A DNA stretch of 64,000 nucleotides, taken from positions 3,721-67,720 of the IMG/VR virus record IMGVR_UViG_3300009170_000006. One strand, written 5' to 3'. The number at the start of each line of letters is the position of its first letter. The stretch's first letter is position 1. The translations under genes were made by a program, and so were the position numbers. Source of the DNA: a virus (lineage: Duplodnaviria; Caudoviricetes). The notes beneath the pieces were generated by a model. That model did not search any database, was not told the DNA's origin, and was given only the letters and a program-made list of their open reading frames with translations. Shown here one piece after another: positions 30,275 through 39,267 of the stretch.

Positions 30275-30946
30275 TTAGGTTCTAAGTGGGTTTTGATTAT
30301 CATCATTATTTTCAATAGGTACTTGCATTAACATTCCTAAATCTTTCATTACAAATTGTTCTATTTCAGCAAACAAGTATTCTGGTATATGAGTATCACT
30401 ATCTTGTCTTGGCATACAAACATCACCATCACATAAATACATCTGAATACTCTCAGCCCATAATCCTTCAATAGAAACAGCTTCCCAAACTATATTAGGA
30501 AAATATAAGTAACCACCTAAATACCAATAGTATGAATTTTTATTGTATTTGTAAGATGGTAAGTTAGCCATATTTGTATATGTACTTGGGTAAGTTTTGT
30601 AACACTGAATAGATCCATCAATAGAACTGATAGTTCTAAACAAAGGACCATAAGCTCCTTCTAATACTGTTGGCAATTTATCTTTAGTTCTCATGATAGT
30701 ACAGTTAGTCTTGATACCACCACAACAAGCTTCAATCTTATCTATCTCAATAAGTTCAACACAAGGAAGTTTTTCAAATAAACTTTGAAACCTCATAATC
30801 TTGTTTTCATTATCTTGTCTTCTAATTAAAGACTTTGCATACTTTAATACTAAAGAATATAGAAACCTGTCTGTAAGAAAGGCATCTTCTTTGACACCCT
30901 TTACAATGTTTCTTAATCTTGATACTGTATCCCCAATTGTAGTCAT
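30275..30946 (-). CDS. Tail tubular/ring protein
   Basis: 223 aa; LPCVEL...CC...C.IMRTKDKLP, YYWYLGGYLYF; crAss-like synteny. Confidence 0.65.
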   Translation of the reverse strand: MTTIGDTVSRLRNIVKGVKEDAFLTDRFLYSLVLKYAKSLIRRQDNENKIMRFQSLFEKLPCVELIEIDKIEACCGGIKTNCTIMRTKDKLPTVLEGAYGPLFRTISSIDGSIQCYKTYPSTYTNMANLPSYKYNKNSYYWYLGGYLYFPNIVWEAVSIEGLWAESIQMYLCDGDVCMPRQDSDTHIPEYLFAEIEQFVMKDLGMLMQVPIENNDDNQNPLRT

Positions 30947-30952
30947 GTTGTA

Positions 30953-31549
30953 TTAATTTAAATCAAATTCATTATATAAAGAATCAACAACATAATTTTC
31001 AGCTATGTTTTTGAACCAATCATTTTTAAGAGCATTTCTTAAATACTTAGTTATATGCTTACCATTCTCAACTTGAATAAAGATCTTCCACTTTTCAGGA
31101 TAAACTTTTGCTACTCCTCTTTTAAATTCTCTTACTCCAGTGAAAGACCACAGATCTCTATGTTTAAACTTATATTTTGCAGCATAATTAGTATAGAAGA
31201 TTTTAGCTAGGAAATTATCTGATTCAAAGTTTCTATGTCTTAATCTAGTATCATTTTTTATAGAACCACCAAAATCAGTATTATACTTCTTTGGACTAAA
31301 ACAAGTACCTATAAATAAAAAACCTAAACTTTCAGGTAACTCAACACCATCTCTATTATTTATAGCATGATTCCATAATTTAGAATGAAAAGAATTAAGA
31401 ATTTTTCTTACATCAGCTATGTCCAAGTTTTTATATTGAGGATGCTTTTCTACAAACTCAGCTACAAACTTTTTATTTAGCACTGTATGAACCTTTTCTC
31501 TACATCTTGGTGCATTAAGATCAGGCTTCTTGAATTCTTTCATAATCAT
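30953..31549 (-). CDS. IHF/HU-like DNA-binding protein
   Basis: 198 aa, basic; helices followed by GVELPESLGFLFI (HU-like turn); position within the tail genes as in crAss-like phages. Confidence 0.6.
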   Translation of the reverse strand: MIMKEFKKPDLNAPRCREKVHTVLNKKFVAEFVEKHPQYKNLDIADVRKILNSFHSKLWNHAINNRDGVELPESLGFLFIGTCFSPKKYNTDFGGSIKNDTRLRHRNFESDNFLAKIFYTNYAAKYKFKHRDLWSFTGVREFKRGVAKVYPEKWKIFIQVENGKHITKYLRNALKNDWFKNIAENYVVDSLYNEFDLN

Positions 31550-31557
31550 ATCACCTA

Positions 31558-31570
31558 TAAATATACAAAA
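31558..31570 (-). promoter_or_regulatory. Probable promoter variant
   Basis: TTTTGTATATTTA after the terminator, upstream of the IHF-like gene. Confidence 0.45.
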
Positions 31571-31627
31571 TATTTTTCAAATTTTAAAGATAAACTTTTA
31601 TTATCTGTTATGCAACTCCTATATAGT

Positions 31628-31657
31628 AAAAACCCCCAGTATATATTTAACTGGGGG
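31628..31657 (-). terminator. Intrinsic terminator
   Basis: Minus strand CCCCCAGT-loop-ACTGGGGG followed by TTTTT. Confidence 0.85.
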
Positions 31658-31662
31658 CTCAC

Positions 31663-31703
31663 TTGTTAGATCACGTTTAAACCAACAAACCGTGATATTA
31701 CAA
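31663..31703 (-). ncRNA. Candidate 3'-UTR hairpin/sRNA with a UUGGUU loop
   Basis: ATCAC-G-GTTTG-TTGGTT-TAAAC-GTGAT stem between the stop codon at 31709 and the terminator. Confidence 0.4.
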
Positions 31704-31708
31704 TATTT

Positions 31709-32404
31709 TTAGCAAGAACCTATATCAGTAATAGTAAGAGTAAGATTATTGACAGCATAAGTTAATGAATCTTTTACCATACATATATCTAAAGGAAGAC
31801 TTGCAAATGTTATAGGTAAAACAGTAAATTCTCTTGTTGTACAGTTTATATAATATAATGTACCTACAGGCATTGCACCTGTAACCACACCTGTAATTCT
31901 ATAAGTATTACAAGTATAACAACAAAGATTTGTAGGTGTAACATCATAGTCAGTTACAATACCTGCTGGCATATTAGATATACCACATAAGTTAATAACT
32001 TGGCCGGCTACTAATTGTGTAGCTGGTCTTACTGTTCCATTACAGTTTAAACCTAAATCAGCAGAAGATAGATCAAGAACTAAGTCTGTTGTATTACTTA
32101 ATCTATAACCAGTACAAGTTGGTGTTGGTGTATAAATTACTTCAAAAGGAACTCTATCAACAAGACTACCTTCTTCATTACAACTAGCTTGAATGTATCC
32201 TTCAAAAATTACAGGATCACAACTTTCTGGATCAACCATTACTGAAACAATTGTTGAACACATGTTTCCTCCACCTACACATGTAACTATATTAGTACAA
32301 GCATAAGTACCTGGAGTTATTAAGTTTTGAACTCTCCAACACACTCTGTGTTGACCTGCATAATTTGCTATAAATTCTACATTTATTGTTGCTGGTGTTA
32401 ACAT
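31709..32404 (-). CDS. Cys-rich putative structural protein
   Basis: 231 aa, T/V/C-rich; C-terminal units similar to the end of the 1066-aa protein. Confidence 0.5.
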   Translation of the reverse strand: MLTPATINVEFIANYAGQHRVCWRVQNLITPGTYACTNIVTCVGGGNMCSTIVSVMVDPESCDPVIFEGYIQASCNEEGSLVDRVPFEVIYTPTPTCTGYRLSNTTDLVLDLSSADLGLNCNGTVRPATQLVAGQVINLCGISNMPAGIVTDYDVTPTNLCCYTCNTYRITGVVTGAMPVGTLYYINCTTREFTVLPITFASLPLDICMVKDSLTYAVNNLTLTITDIGSC

Positions 32405-32415
32405 ATTTTTTTATT

Positions 32416-33630
32416 TTAAGTTAGTGAACAAGGTACATAGCATAAACATCCACTTTGTGCAGCTGTTAAGAAAGTAATATAAGTATCTACACTAGATATA
32501 ATAGTAGCTTCTGGGCGGCATTGAACTACAAAACCTGTATTCAAGAATGCTATTAATATTAAAGATTTATCAGCTTCAGTTAAAGTTGCTGGTAAATTAG
32601 TTAAGAAGTTGGAAACTATACACATATCAGTTAAGCCAGTAAAAGTAGATTCTTCTACAACACCAGCTGTATTTAATATAGTAGTTATTTGAGTAGGGAA
32701 CTGATCTTTAACTTGTTGCATACACTCATTAAAGTTAGTACCACAACAATTAGTTATAGGTGGTACAGCAGCAAAAGCAGCTGCTAATGTAAGAACTAAA
32801 GGCTCAGGACTTGTACTCATAGCAATAATACTAGCATCAACTTCTATACAACAAGGAGGTGTACAAGTTAAACTATATACTGAAGTATAATATAAAGCAT
32901 AAGTTGAAGCAGATGCTAAAACATATCTATTTGTTGTTGTACAATCAGGACAACAGAAATTACAATTAGTTAAAAACTCACCATTATTTAAAGCAGTTTC
33001 AATTATAGTTATAACACCAGCTGCTGTAGGAGGACTAAGTTCTTCAATATTAATGTTTACTTTATCAAAAAAGTTTGTTAAAGGATTAACACAAATATCT
33101 GCTTTTGTTGTAAAAGAAAAAGTAGGACAAACATTAGTTGTAGCTCCTGCTGCATTCTTTGAAACAATCTTCCAGTAGTAAGTAGTATTTGGTAATAAAG
33201 GATAAAGAGGAGTATAAGTAGTTAAGATTTGACCTAATGAAACTAAAGGTAATGTTACACTACTAGTTCCAAAATACACATCATAAGATGTTGCACCGGC
33301 TACCATGTTCCAAGTTAAAGTTTGATCATAAGCAATATTTGTAGCAGCATTTGCTGGTACAGCTAAGCTTGGACATTCAAGACATAAAAAAGGAGTAAGT
33401 TGTAAAGCTAAGCTTTCAATAACTTCTTCTACAGTCAGACCACTTTCAATATTCATACATGCAATCTCAGCTCCAGTATAATATACACATTTGCTATCAA
33501 ATGTTTCATTACATGGACTTGGGTCAGGGCATGATGGTAAATCAGCAGGACAATAATTTGGGGTTGTTAGACCTTGTGGAATACATCCGCAATCTCCATC
33601 ACAACTATTTGTACAACTTGTGCAGCTCAT
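32416..33630 (-). CDS. Cys-rich fibre/decoration protein with an FN3-like domain
   Basis: Probable start MSCTSC at 33630; LTWNMVAGATSYDVYFGT...PNTTYYWKIV is FN3-like; N-terminal CVYYTG.I.C motif. Confidence 0.55.
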   Translation of the reverse strand: MSCTSCTNSCDGDCGCIPQGLTTPNYCPADLPSCPDPSPCNETFDSKCVYYTGAEIACMNIESGLTVEEVIESLALQLTPFLCLECPSLAVPANAATNIAYDQTLTWNMVAGATSYDVYFGTSSVTLPLVSLGQILTTYTPLYPLLPNTTYYWKIVSKNAAGATTNVCPTFSFTTKADICVNPLTNFFDKVNINIEELSPPTAAGVITIIETALNNGEFLTNCNFCCPDCTTTNRYVLASASTYALYYTSVYSLTCTPPCCIEVDASIIAMSTSPEPLVLTLAAAFAAVPPITNCCGTNFNECMQQVKDQFPTQITTILNTAGVVEESTFTGLTDMCIVSNFLTNLPATLTEADKSLILIAFLNTGFVVQCRPEATIISSVDTYITFLTAAQSGCLCYVPCSLT

Positions 33631-33641
33631 ATTTTTATTTT

Positions 33642-35147
33642 TTAAAGGGTTGTTTCTACTGTAAATGCACATGTAGTTATTACATTTGCTATATCTATTG
33701 TAACTCTAAGTTTGTATGTTGTTGCTGTAGTCAATCCTACAAATGAACCAGTATAATTATTTACACCAGTTGATATAAATGATTGACTTGAAAGAATTCC
33801 TAAACCTAAACTATCCCATAACTCAACTGTATAAGTTTGAGTATTTGCATCACTTGTAAAGGCAAAGCCAATAGTAGTTACTGCTGGTGTATAAGTTACT
33901 ACAGGACAAGATCCTTGATTTACAATAGTATAAGATAATACAGATTGACATTGAGAACTACTTGCTGTATTAGTAAAATTAGGTTGAGCAAGAATAGATA
34001 AATTTGTTAATCCATTTAATAAAGTATTACCTAAAGTAACAGTAAAACCACCTTGTGTATTAAGAATACTAAGTATATCAATGTTAGTTGTTGTTGATGC
34101 ATTATTAGCATCTGTAATCGTAAATGGAGTTCCTGCATTATAAGTATTTACAAAGCCCATTGGTATAGTTCCATTAACATATATAGTTACTGAGTTTGCA
34201 TTTGAATCATAAGTTCCAAACATAGTTAAACCTATACTTGAACATACACTAGGAATATAATTATTTACAATGTTTTGTACTGCTAATCTCATATCAGAAA
34301 GGGTAACCCATATATTACTAATAGTGTCAGATTCATTTTGAACTGTACTAACAAATCCAGGTAAAGCACTCATTACTGTTAAAGGATTAGCTAATGAAGG
34401 TGAATTTGCTAAACCTGCAGGTTGTTGACCTACACTAGTAAATATTTGATTAGGTGTTCCTGTAGCAGTTCTTAACTGACAAAATTGTTGTTCTAAAGAA
34501 GCTAATACTAAAGTGATAGTTGTACTAACTTGAGGTAATACACATACTGGAGTTATAGTTGGTATTACAAATACTGGAGCTGGAGCAAGTTCTAATGCTG
34601 TAATTCTAGCATTGTATTGTATCAATGTACCTTGAATAGCTGTGATAGTTGTTACTAAACTGTTTACTTTATTACCAATAGCTATTACATAATCAGTAAG
34701 AGGCATCATAGTAACTAAGTCACCAAATTGATTAGTATAATAAAATACTGGTGCAATAGGAACTATAGTGTCCCCTGGTAGAGAATAAGATTGTAATGAA
34801 GCAGTTTTAGCTGAAGTACCCATAACAACGGGTGTAGTTCCACAAGGGTAACAATCATCCTTACAACCAGAACAATCTTGTATAAAACAAATCTTGTTTA
34901 TTACTAATTGCATTAAAGCTTTAAAGTCTGCAGGATTACAAGGACCTGAACCAAAACAACCAAGATCATAATTATCTAAGTTGAATGTATCCATTACAAT
35001 ACAAAGTTCAGTAGCCATTTTATAAACTACATCTGTAATTGAGTCTCCTTTACAAAGAGAAATACATGCAATGTCTGGACCTTGCCATACAACACAATTT
35101 GATGATGTATTAGTACATCCTGATTTATCTAGATTTAAAGGTTTCAT
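33642..35147 (-). CDS. Fibre-like structural protein (Cys-rich N-terminus, coiled coil, C-terminal FN3-like domain)
   Basis: 501 aa; SNCVVWQGPDIAC; YNARITALE coiled coil; FVGLTTATTYKLRV. Confidence 0.55.
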   Translation of the reverse strand: MKPLNLDKSGCTNTSSNCVVWQGPDIACISLCKGDSITDVVYKMATELCIVMDTFNLDNYDLGCFGSGPCNPADFKALMQLVINKICFIQDCSGCKDDCYPCGTTPVVMGTSAKTASLQSYSLPGDTIVPIAPVFYYTNQFGDLVTMMPLTDYVIAIGNKVNSLVTTITAIQGTLIQYNARITALELAPAPVFVIPTITPVCVLPQVSTTITLVLASLEQQFCQLRTATGTPNQIFTSVGQQPAGLANSPSLANPLTVMSALPGFVSTVQNESDTISNIWVTLSDMRLAVQNIVNNYIPSVCSSIGLTMFGTYDSNANSVTIYVNGTIPMGFVNTYNAGTPFTITDANNASTTTNIDILSILNTQGGFTVTLGNTLLNGLTNLSILAQPNFTNTASSSQCQSVLSYTIVNQGSCPVVTYTPAVTTIGFAFTSDANTQTYTVELWDSLGLGILSSQSFISTGVNNYTGSFVGLTTATTYKLRVTIDIANVITTCAFTVETTL

Positions 35148-35197
35148 ATTCTTATTTTATAGTTAATATACATAAATTATTTCTTATTTGCAATCTT

Positions 35198-38100
35198 TTA
35201 AGGTAAACATTCACAAGAGCTATTAAAAGTGTACTGAATTGGTAAAGGAGAAACACTAGTAGCCCAAGGTGTACCAATTGCACACACAGTTATACTATTT
35301 GTAACAGTTAAATAAATTATATCTCCATTACAGTTTTTATAAGCAAAGTCACAACTTTCTCCAGAAGCTCCTACTAATTCAATATATACACATCTACAAG
35401 CAATATTACTTATACACGGTACATCATCACAATTCCCTTCAAGAGCAACATCTATATTTATAGTACTTACAATAGGAATTGTTCTAGAGCAAAGAAGATA
35501 CCAAGTTTTACCACGAATTGGACTAATTGTAACTGCATTTCCATAACAGTCAGTTGATGTTGCACTTGTTCCAAATGATTGAGCATTGTTATATAATGAA
35601 TAACAATAACAAGGTATAGGTAATGGTGGTGGTGGAAATGGAGGATCACAAGTTTCATCACCACAAGTTCCAGTAGCAGAAATTACTAAAGGCTCTACAT
35701 CATAATTAACAGGAGGAAATAAAGCACAGAATTGTACAGCATCTGTTATTGTACTTGTTTGTAATTTACAACAACAATCTATATAAACAATAGTAATAGG
35801 AGACTCTGGTGCAGCTACTGAATAACAGTTGCAGTCAACAGGAGTTAATTCAACAATTACTTCTCCACTAACAAATACAGGAGCTCCACAAAGTGTGTCT
35901 ATATAAGATGAAGTAATGATTGGTGGATAACAAGTTGCACCTAATATAAATGTAGCACTAACCAAACAAGGTTTTTTACAAGTACATACTGTAGATTTAC
36001 ATAATTCTGGGTCTGTTAATAGTTCAAAGTCTAAACCTTGTTTTTTAATATCCCACTGATCAAGATCATTATCACAACATACTGTAACTCCATATCTTTT
36101 TATAATCATTTGATTATAAACTTGTAATGCAAAAGTACAGTTTACTCTTTCAATATACTCAGTAGTAAGACATGAGTTAGTACTAAAGTATCCGGGTTTA
36201 ATTCTTCTTGAATGTAAAACAAAAGGATCTGGAGTTGGTGGTACAGGTAAACAATCTAAACAAGTTTCAAATTCTGTAATGGCTCCATTAAGACAAATAC
36301 TATTATTACAAGTAATAGACAAAGTAACCAACCAACATGTGTCTCCACAGCCTTCAATCTTAATTACTAAATCAAGATAAGCACTTAAATCATCACATAC
36401 AATAAATGGATCAACTACATCTTGACAGTCAGTTAATAAATAACATACTGGAGGTGGTGGTAAACAAGTAAGACAAGTTGCTGTAATAGGACCCAGTGTT
36501 ACAAGTTCAATAGCACCATCACATGATGTAGCTTCTGATATTGTAAAACATACACAGTCTAGTAATTCAGGTATTATGATTACACCACATGGAAAAACAT
36601 CCATACATGGTCCACAGTTATCATAAACATAACCACCAACTAAGTCAAGAAGACCCATTGATGTACCAACAGTTGTAAATTTTGTAACTGTCCAACAATT
36701 ATTACCTAATATAGGTAAAGTAATTATTTGGTCTATGTAAGCTTCTAATGTATTTGATACAATAAGAATATCTAAAGGATCACAACAATTTATAAGATTG
36801 TATTGAGATATGCCAGGATCTTCAATTATTATATCAATTGGTACTCCTGTATTAATGCCTGTAGGGGTAGGATCAGGTAAGTCACTAGGGCAAACCTTTA
36901 TTACTTGACCTAATGATAAACTTAGATCATTACTTACTACAAAAGATATTCCACTGTCTGTACACTCATCTGTTAATAAATAACAAGGAGACACAGAAGC
37001 TGCACAAGATGTACAATCAGCAAAAGACTCAATCAATGTTACAACTAAAGCTCCTTCACAACTAAGAGCTATATCTGTTACTAATAAACAACCTGGTATT
37101 TCATTAAGGCTAACAGTTAACCCAACATAAGTTGACAAATCAGCACTAACAATATAATTTGCTCCTGTAACACAATCAGTTAAATTATAACAACAAGGTG
37201 AACCCGGAACTTGTGTAATTTGTGTACAAACAATACCATCACATGTAGACAATAAATAACCTGGAGGACATGTATAACCACTTGTTTCACCTACATCAAA
37301 GAAAGATACAGGATTAGGTGGTAATAAATTCTTAGTACTAAATACAATATAAGGTGCTAAATCAAATTGAGTGTTAACAGCTAGTATTTCAGTAGGTGTA
37401 GCATTATATATTTCTGCTCCGAATCCTGCAAAAAGATTATCATTATAACCTTCAAGAGTTATTATGTTTGTTCCAGCATTTAAAGTAAGTGGTATAATAT
37501 GCCATACAGTAAAAGCAAAAGAACTATAAACATCAAAGTTAACAGTTAATACACCATTAACACTAAATCTCATTCTGTTATCAGCAGCAAGTCCTATACA
37601 ATAAGTTTTTGTTTCAGGTACTACTACACAAACACTAAAACCTATCCATTCTTCAATAGGTAACCAACCACCAGCTGTTGTCCATACAGCAACATCAATT
37701 AATCTTTGTTGCCATAAAGGATAATAACTAGGAAATGGAAACTGATTTGTAGCAGTAAGTATTGTTCCTGCACCATTATTATCATAAAGAGCAGAACCTA
37801 CTTGAGCAATAGGAAGAGTTTTTGCTGTTATATCTTCATATATATTAGCACCATAAGTTCCGGCTGATACTGAAACTTCTCCTGGCCCAACTTGATATAT
37901 AGTAGGAGTAGCTGTAGCTGCAACAGTTAATATTTGTTGACAAGTTACACCATCAGGTAATAATACATATCCTTCGGGACAACCACAACCTGGTGTACAA
38001 TCACATAAAGTTATATTACTAACAATAATTGAATCAGTACATAATATTGCATCAAAAGTACCTACTACAGTAAAACATTCTCCAGGATATTCTTCTACTG

Positions 38101-38398
38101 CAATATTGGATCCTATATAACTTGATAAATCAGTTATTACAGAAATTGGTCCTATTGTACCATCACAATTAGTTATACTAAAACAAGGATAAAGACATTG
38201 AGAACAAGTATTAAAAGTACTAACTACAGTAACAGCAACTGGAGAAATAGGAGTTAATGTTTCTTCATGAGTATAACAAGTTCCAACTTGCCCAGTAAGT
38301 GATAAAACAGGAACAGCCACATATCCACTTAAATCAGTATTTGTGTATATTACATCTGTACCTGGAAAACACTCTGTTAATTTATAGTAAGTGGGCAT
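35198..38398 (-). CDS. Large Cys-rich repeat structural protein (hub/fibre) with EGF-like and PA14/CBM-like segments
   Basis: 1066 aa, about 79 Cys by hand count; repeats of CYxLTxC...DLS.Y.G...C; CGCPEGYVLLPDGVTC. Confidence 0.55.
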   Translation of the reverse strand: MPTYYKLTECFPGTDVIYTNTDLSGYVAVPVLSLTGQVGTCYTHEETLTPISPVAVTVVSTFNTCSQCLYPCFSITNCDGTIGPISVITDLSSYIGSNIAVEEYPGECFTVVGTFDAILCTDSIIVSNITLCDCTPGCGCPEGYVLLPDGVTCQQILTVAATATPTIYQVGPGEVSVSAGTYGANIYEDITAKTLPIAQVGSALYDNNGAGTILTATNQFPFPSYYPLWQQRLIDVAVWTTAGGWLPIEEWIGFSVCVVVPETKTYCIGLAADNRMRFSVNGVLTVNFDVYSSFAFTVWHIIPLTLNAGTNIITLEGYNDNLFAGFGAEIYNATPTEILAVNTQFDLAPYIVFSTKNLLPPNPVSFFDVGETSGYTCPPGYLLSTCDGIVCTQITQVPGSPCCYNLTDCVTGANYIVSADLSTYVGLTVSLNEIPGCLLVTDIALSCEGALVVTLIESFADCTSCAASVSPCYLLTDECTDSGISFVVSNDLSLSLGQVIKVCPSDLPDPTPTGINTGVPIDIIIEDPGISQYNLINCCDPLDILIVSNTLEAYIDQIITLPILGNNCWTVTKFTTVGTSMGLLDLVGGYVYDNCGPCMDVFPCGVIIIPELLDCVCFTISEATSCDGAIELVTLGPITATCLTCLPPPPVCYLLTDCQDVVDPFIVCDDLSAYLDLVIKIEGCGDTCWLVTLSITCNNSICLNGAITEFETCLDCLPVPPTPDPFVLHSRRIKPGYFSTNSCLTTEYIERVNCTFALQVYNQMIIKRYGVTVCCDNDLDQWDIKKQGLDFELLTDPELCKSTVCTCKKPCLVSATFILGATCYPPIITSSYIDTLCGAPVFVSGEVIVELTPVDCNCYSVAAPESPITIVYIDCCCKLQTSTITDAVQFCALFPPVNYDVEPLVISATGTCGDETCDPPFPPPPLPIPCYCYSLYNNAQSFGTSATSTDCYGNAVTISPIRGKTWYLLCSRTIPIVSTINIDVALEGNCDDVPCISNIACRCVYIELVGASGESCDFAYKNCNGDIIYLTVTNSITVCAIGTPWATSVSPLPIQYTFNSSCECLP

Positions 38399-38416
38399 CT
38401 CTATATGTTTTAGTAG

Positions 38417-38605
38417 TTACTTTGGTTTCTGATATATTATATTTTTATTTGGTACTGCATTAGGTACAGTAGTCCCTGCTAACTTAGCAGATTTTAATTT
38501 AATTTCATAGGCAGCTAAACAGATGCTGCATGCATTTTTACCATCAGTAGCTACTCTTTTTTGACAGCCACATGATAATTTACTTCCACAATTTAAACAG
38601 TTCAT
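38417..38605 (-). CDS. Small Cys-rich (zinc-finger-like) protein
   Basis: 62 aa; CLNC...CGC...CSIC; TAAACCAAC leader. Confidence 0.6.
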   Translation of the reverse strand: MNCLNCGSKLSCGCQKRVATDGKNACSICLAAYEIKLKSAKLAGTTVPNAVPNKNIIYQKPK

Positions 38606-38623
38606 AGTTGGTTTATTTTTAGT

Positions 38624-39187
38624 TTAACAGGTTTTACAGGAAGAACTACAAGACATCTTATCTAATAATTTGACAGCATATCTATATAATTCCATTCCTC
38701 TATTTGGATCTCTACAATCTTCTACATAAGCTTTAGCAGCTAATAAGTATTGTTGTATTAATCTGATTTGATTTAATTTATCTTTAATATTTGCTGGAGG
38801 ATCACAGGCTCCTAGCTGTAAGTCACAGTAAACTGCTTTAATTTTAGTATTAGCACATGTAATACGCAAGTGATTATATTCAACATATACAAGATCTTTT
38901 GGCTCAACACTATATTTTATAATATATATTCCATCAGGAACATCATAAAATACTGTACCACAATCAGTTGTTTGTAACTCTAAATCACAAGCAGTAATAT
39001 TTAAGCTAAACCCAGGAGTTACCGAAGGTGTAGAAAAGTTCACAGGATGCATAAATCCTGGAGCTGTAATTTGTAATAGAGGACATGTAACAGGAATACC
39101 AGTAGAATAGACACTTGTGTCTACTACTCTTAGTATACATTTGTTCATTGTATCAGGTATTTCTAAACTTAGAATATGTTTTGACAT
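38624..39187 (-). CDS. Putative tail hub protein
   Basis: 187 aa; LRVVDTSVY, VPDGIYIIKYSV; follows the auxiliary capsid gene as in crAss-like phages. Confidence 0.5.
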   Translation of the reverse strand: MSKHILSLEIPDTMNKCILRVVDTSVYSTGIPVTCPLLQITAPGFMHPVNFSTPSVTPGFSLNITACDLELQTTDCGTVFYDVPDGIYIIKYSVEPKDLVYVEYNHLRITCANTKIKAVYCDLQLGACDPPANIKDKLNQIRLIQQYLLAAKAYVEDCRDPNRGMELYRYAVKLLDKMSCSSSCKTC

Positions 39188-39201
39188 AATTTTTTATATT
39201 A

Positions 39202-39213
39202 CAAATATACAAA
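39202..39213 (-). promoter_or_regulatory. Probable -7 promoter element overlapping the terminator tail
   Basis: TTTGTATATTTG upstream of 38624..39187. Confidence 0.5.
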
Positions 39214-39248
39214 AAAAAAGGGAAGAAGTTAATCTCCTTCCCTCTTTT
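39211..39248 (-). terminator. Intrinsic terminator
   Basis: Minus strand AGGGAAG..loop..CTTCCCT followed by a poly-T run, downstream of 39268..40623. Confidence 0.8.
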
Positions 39249-39267
39249 ATTAAAAGTTAATTATTTA

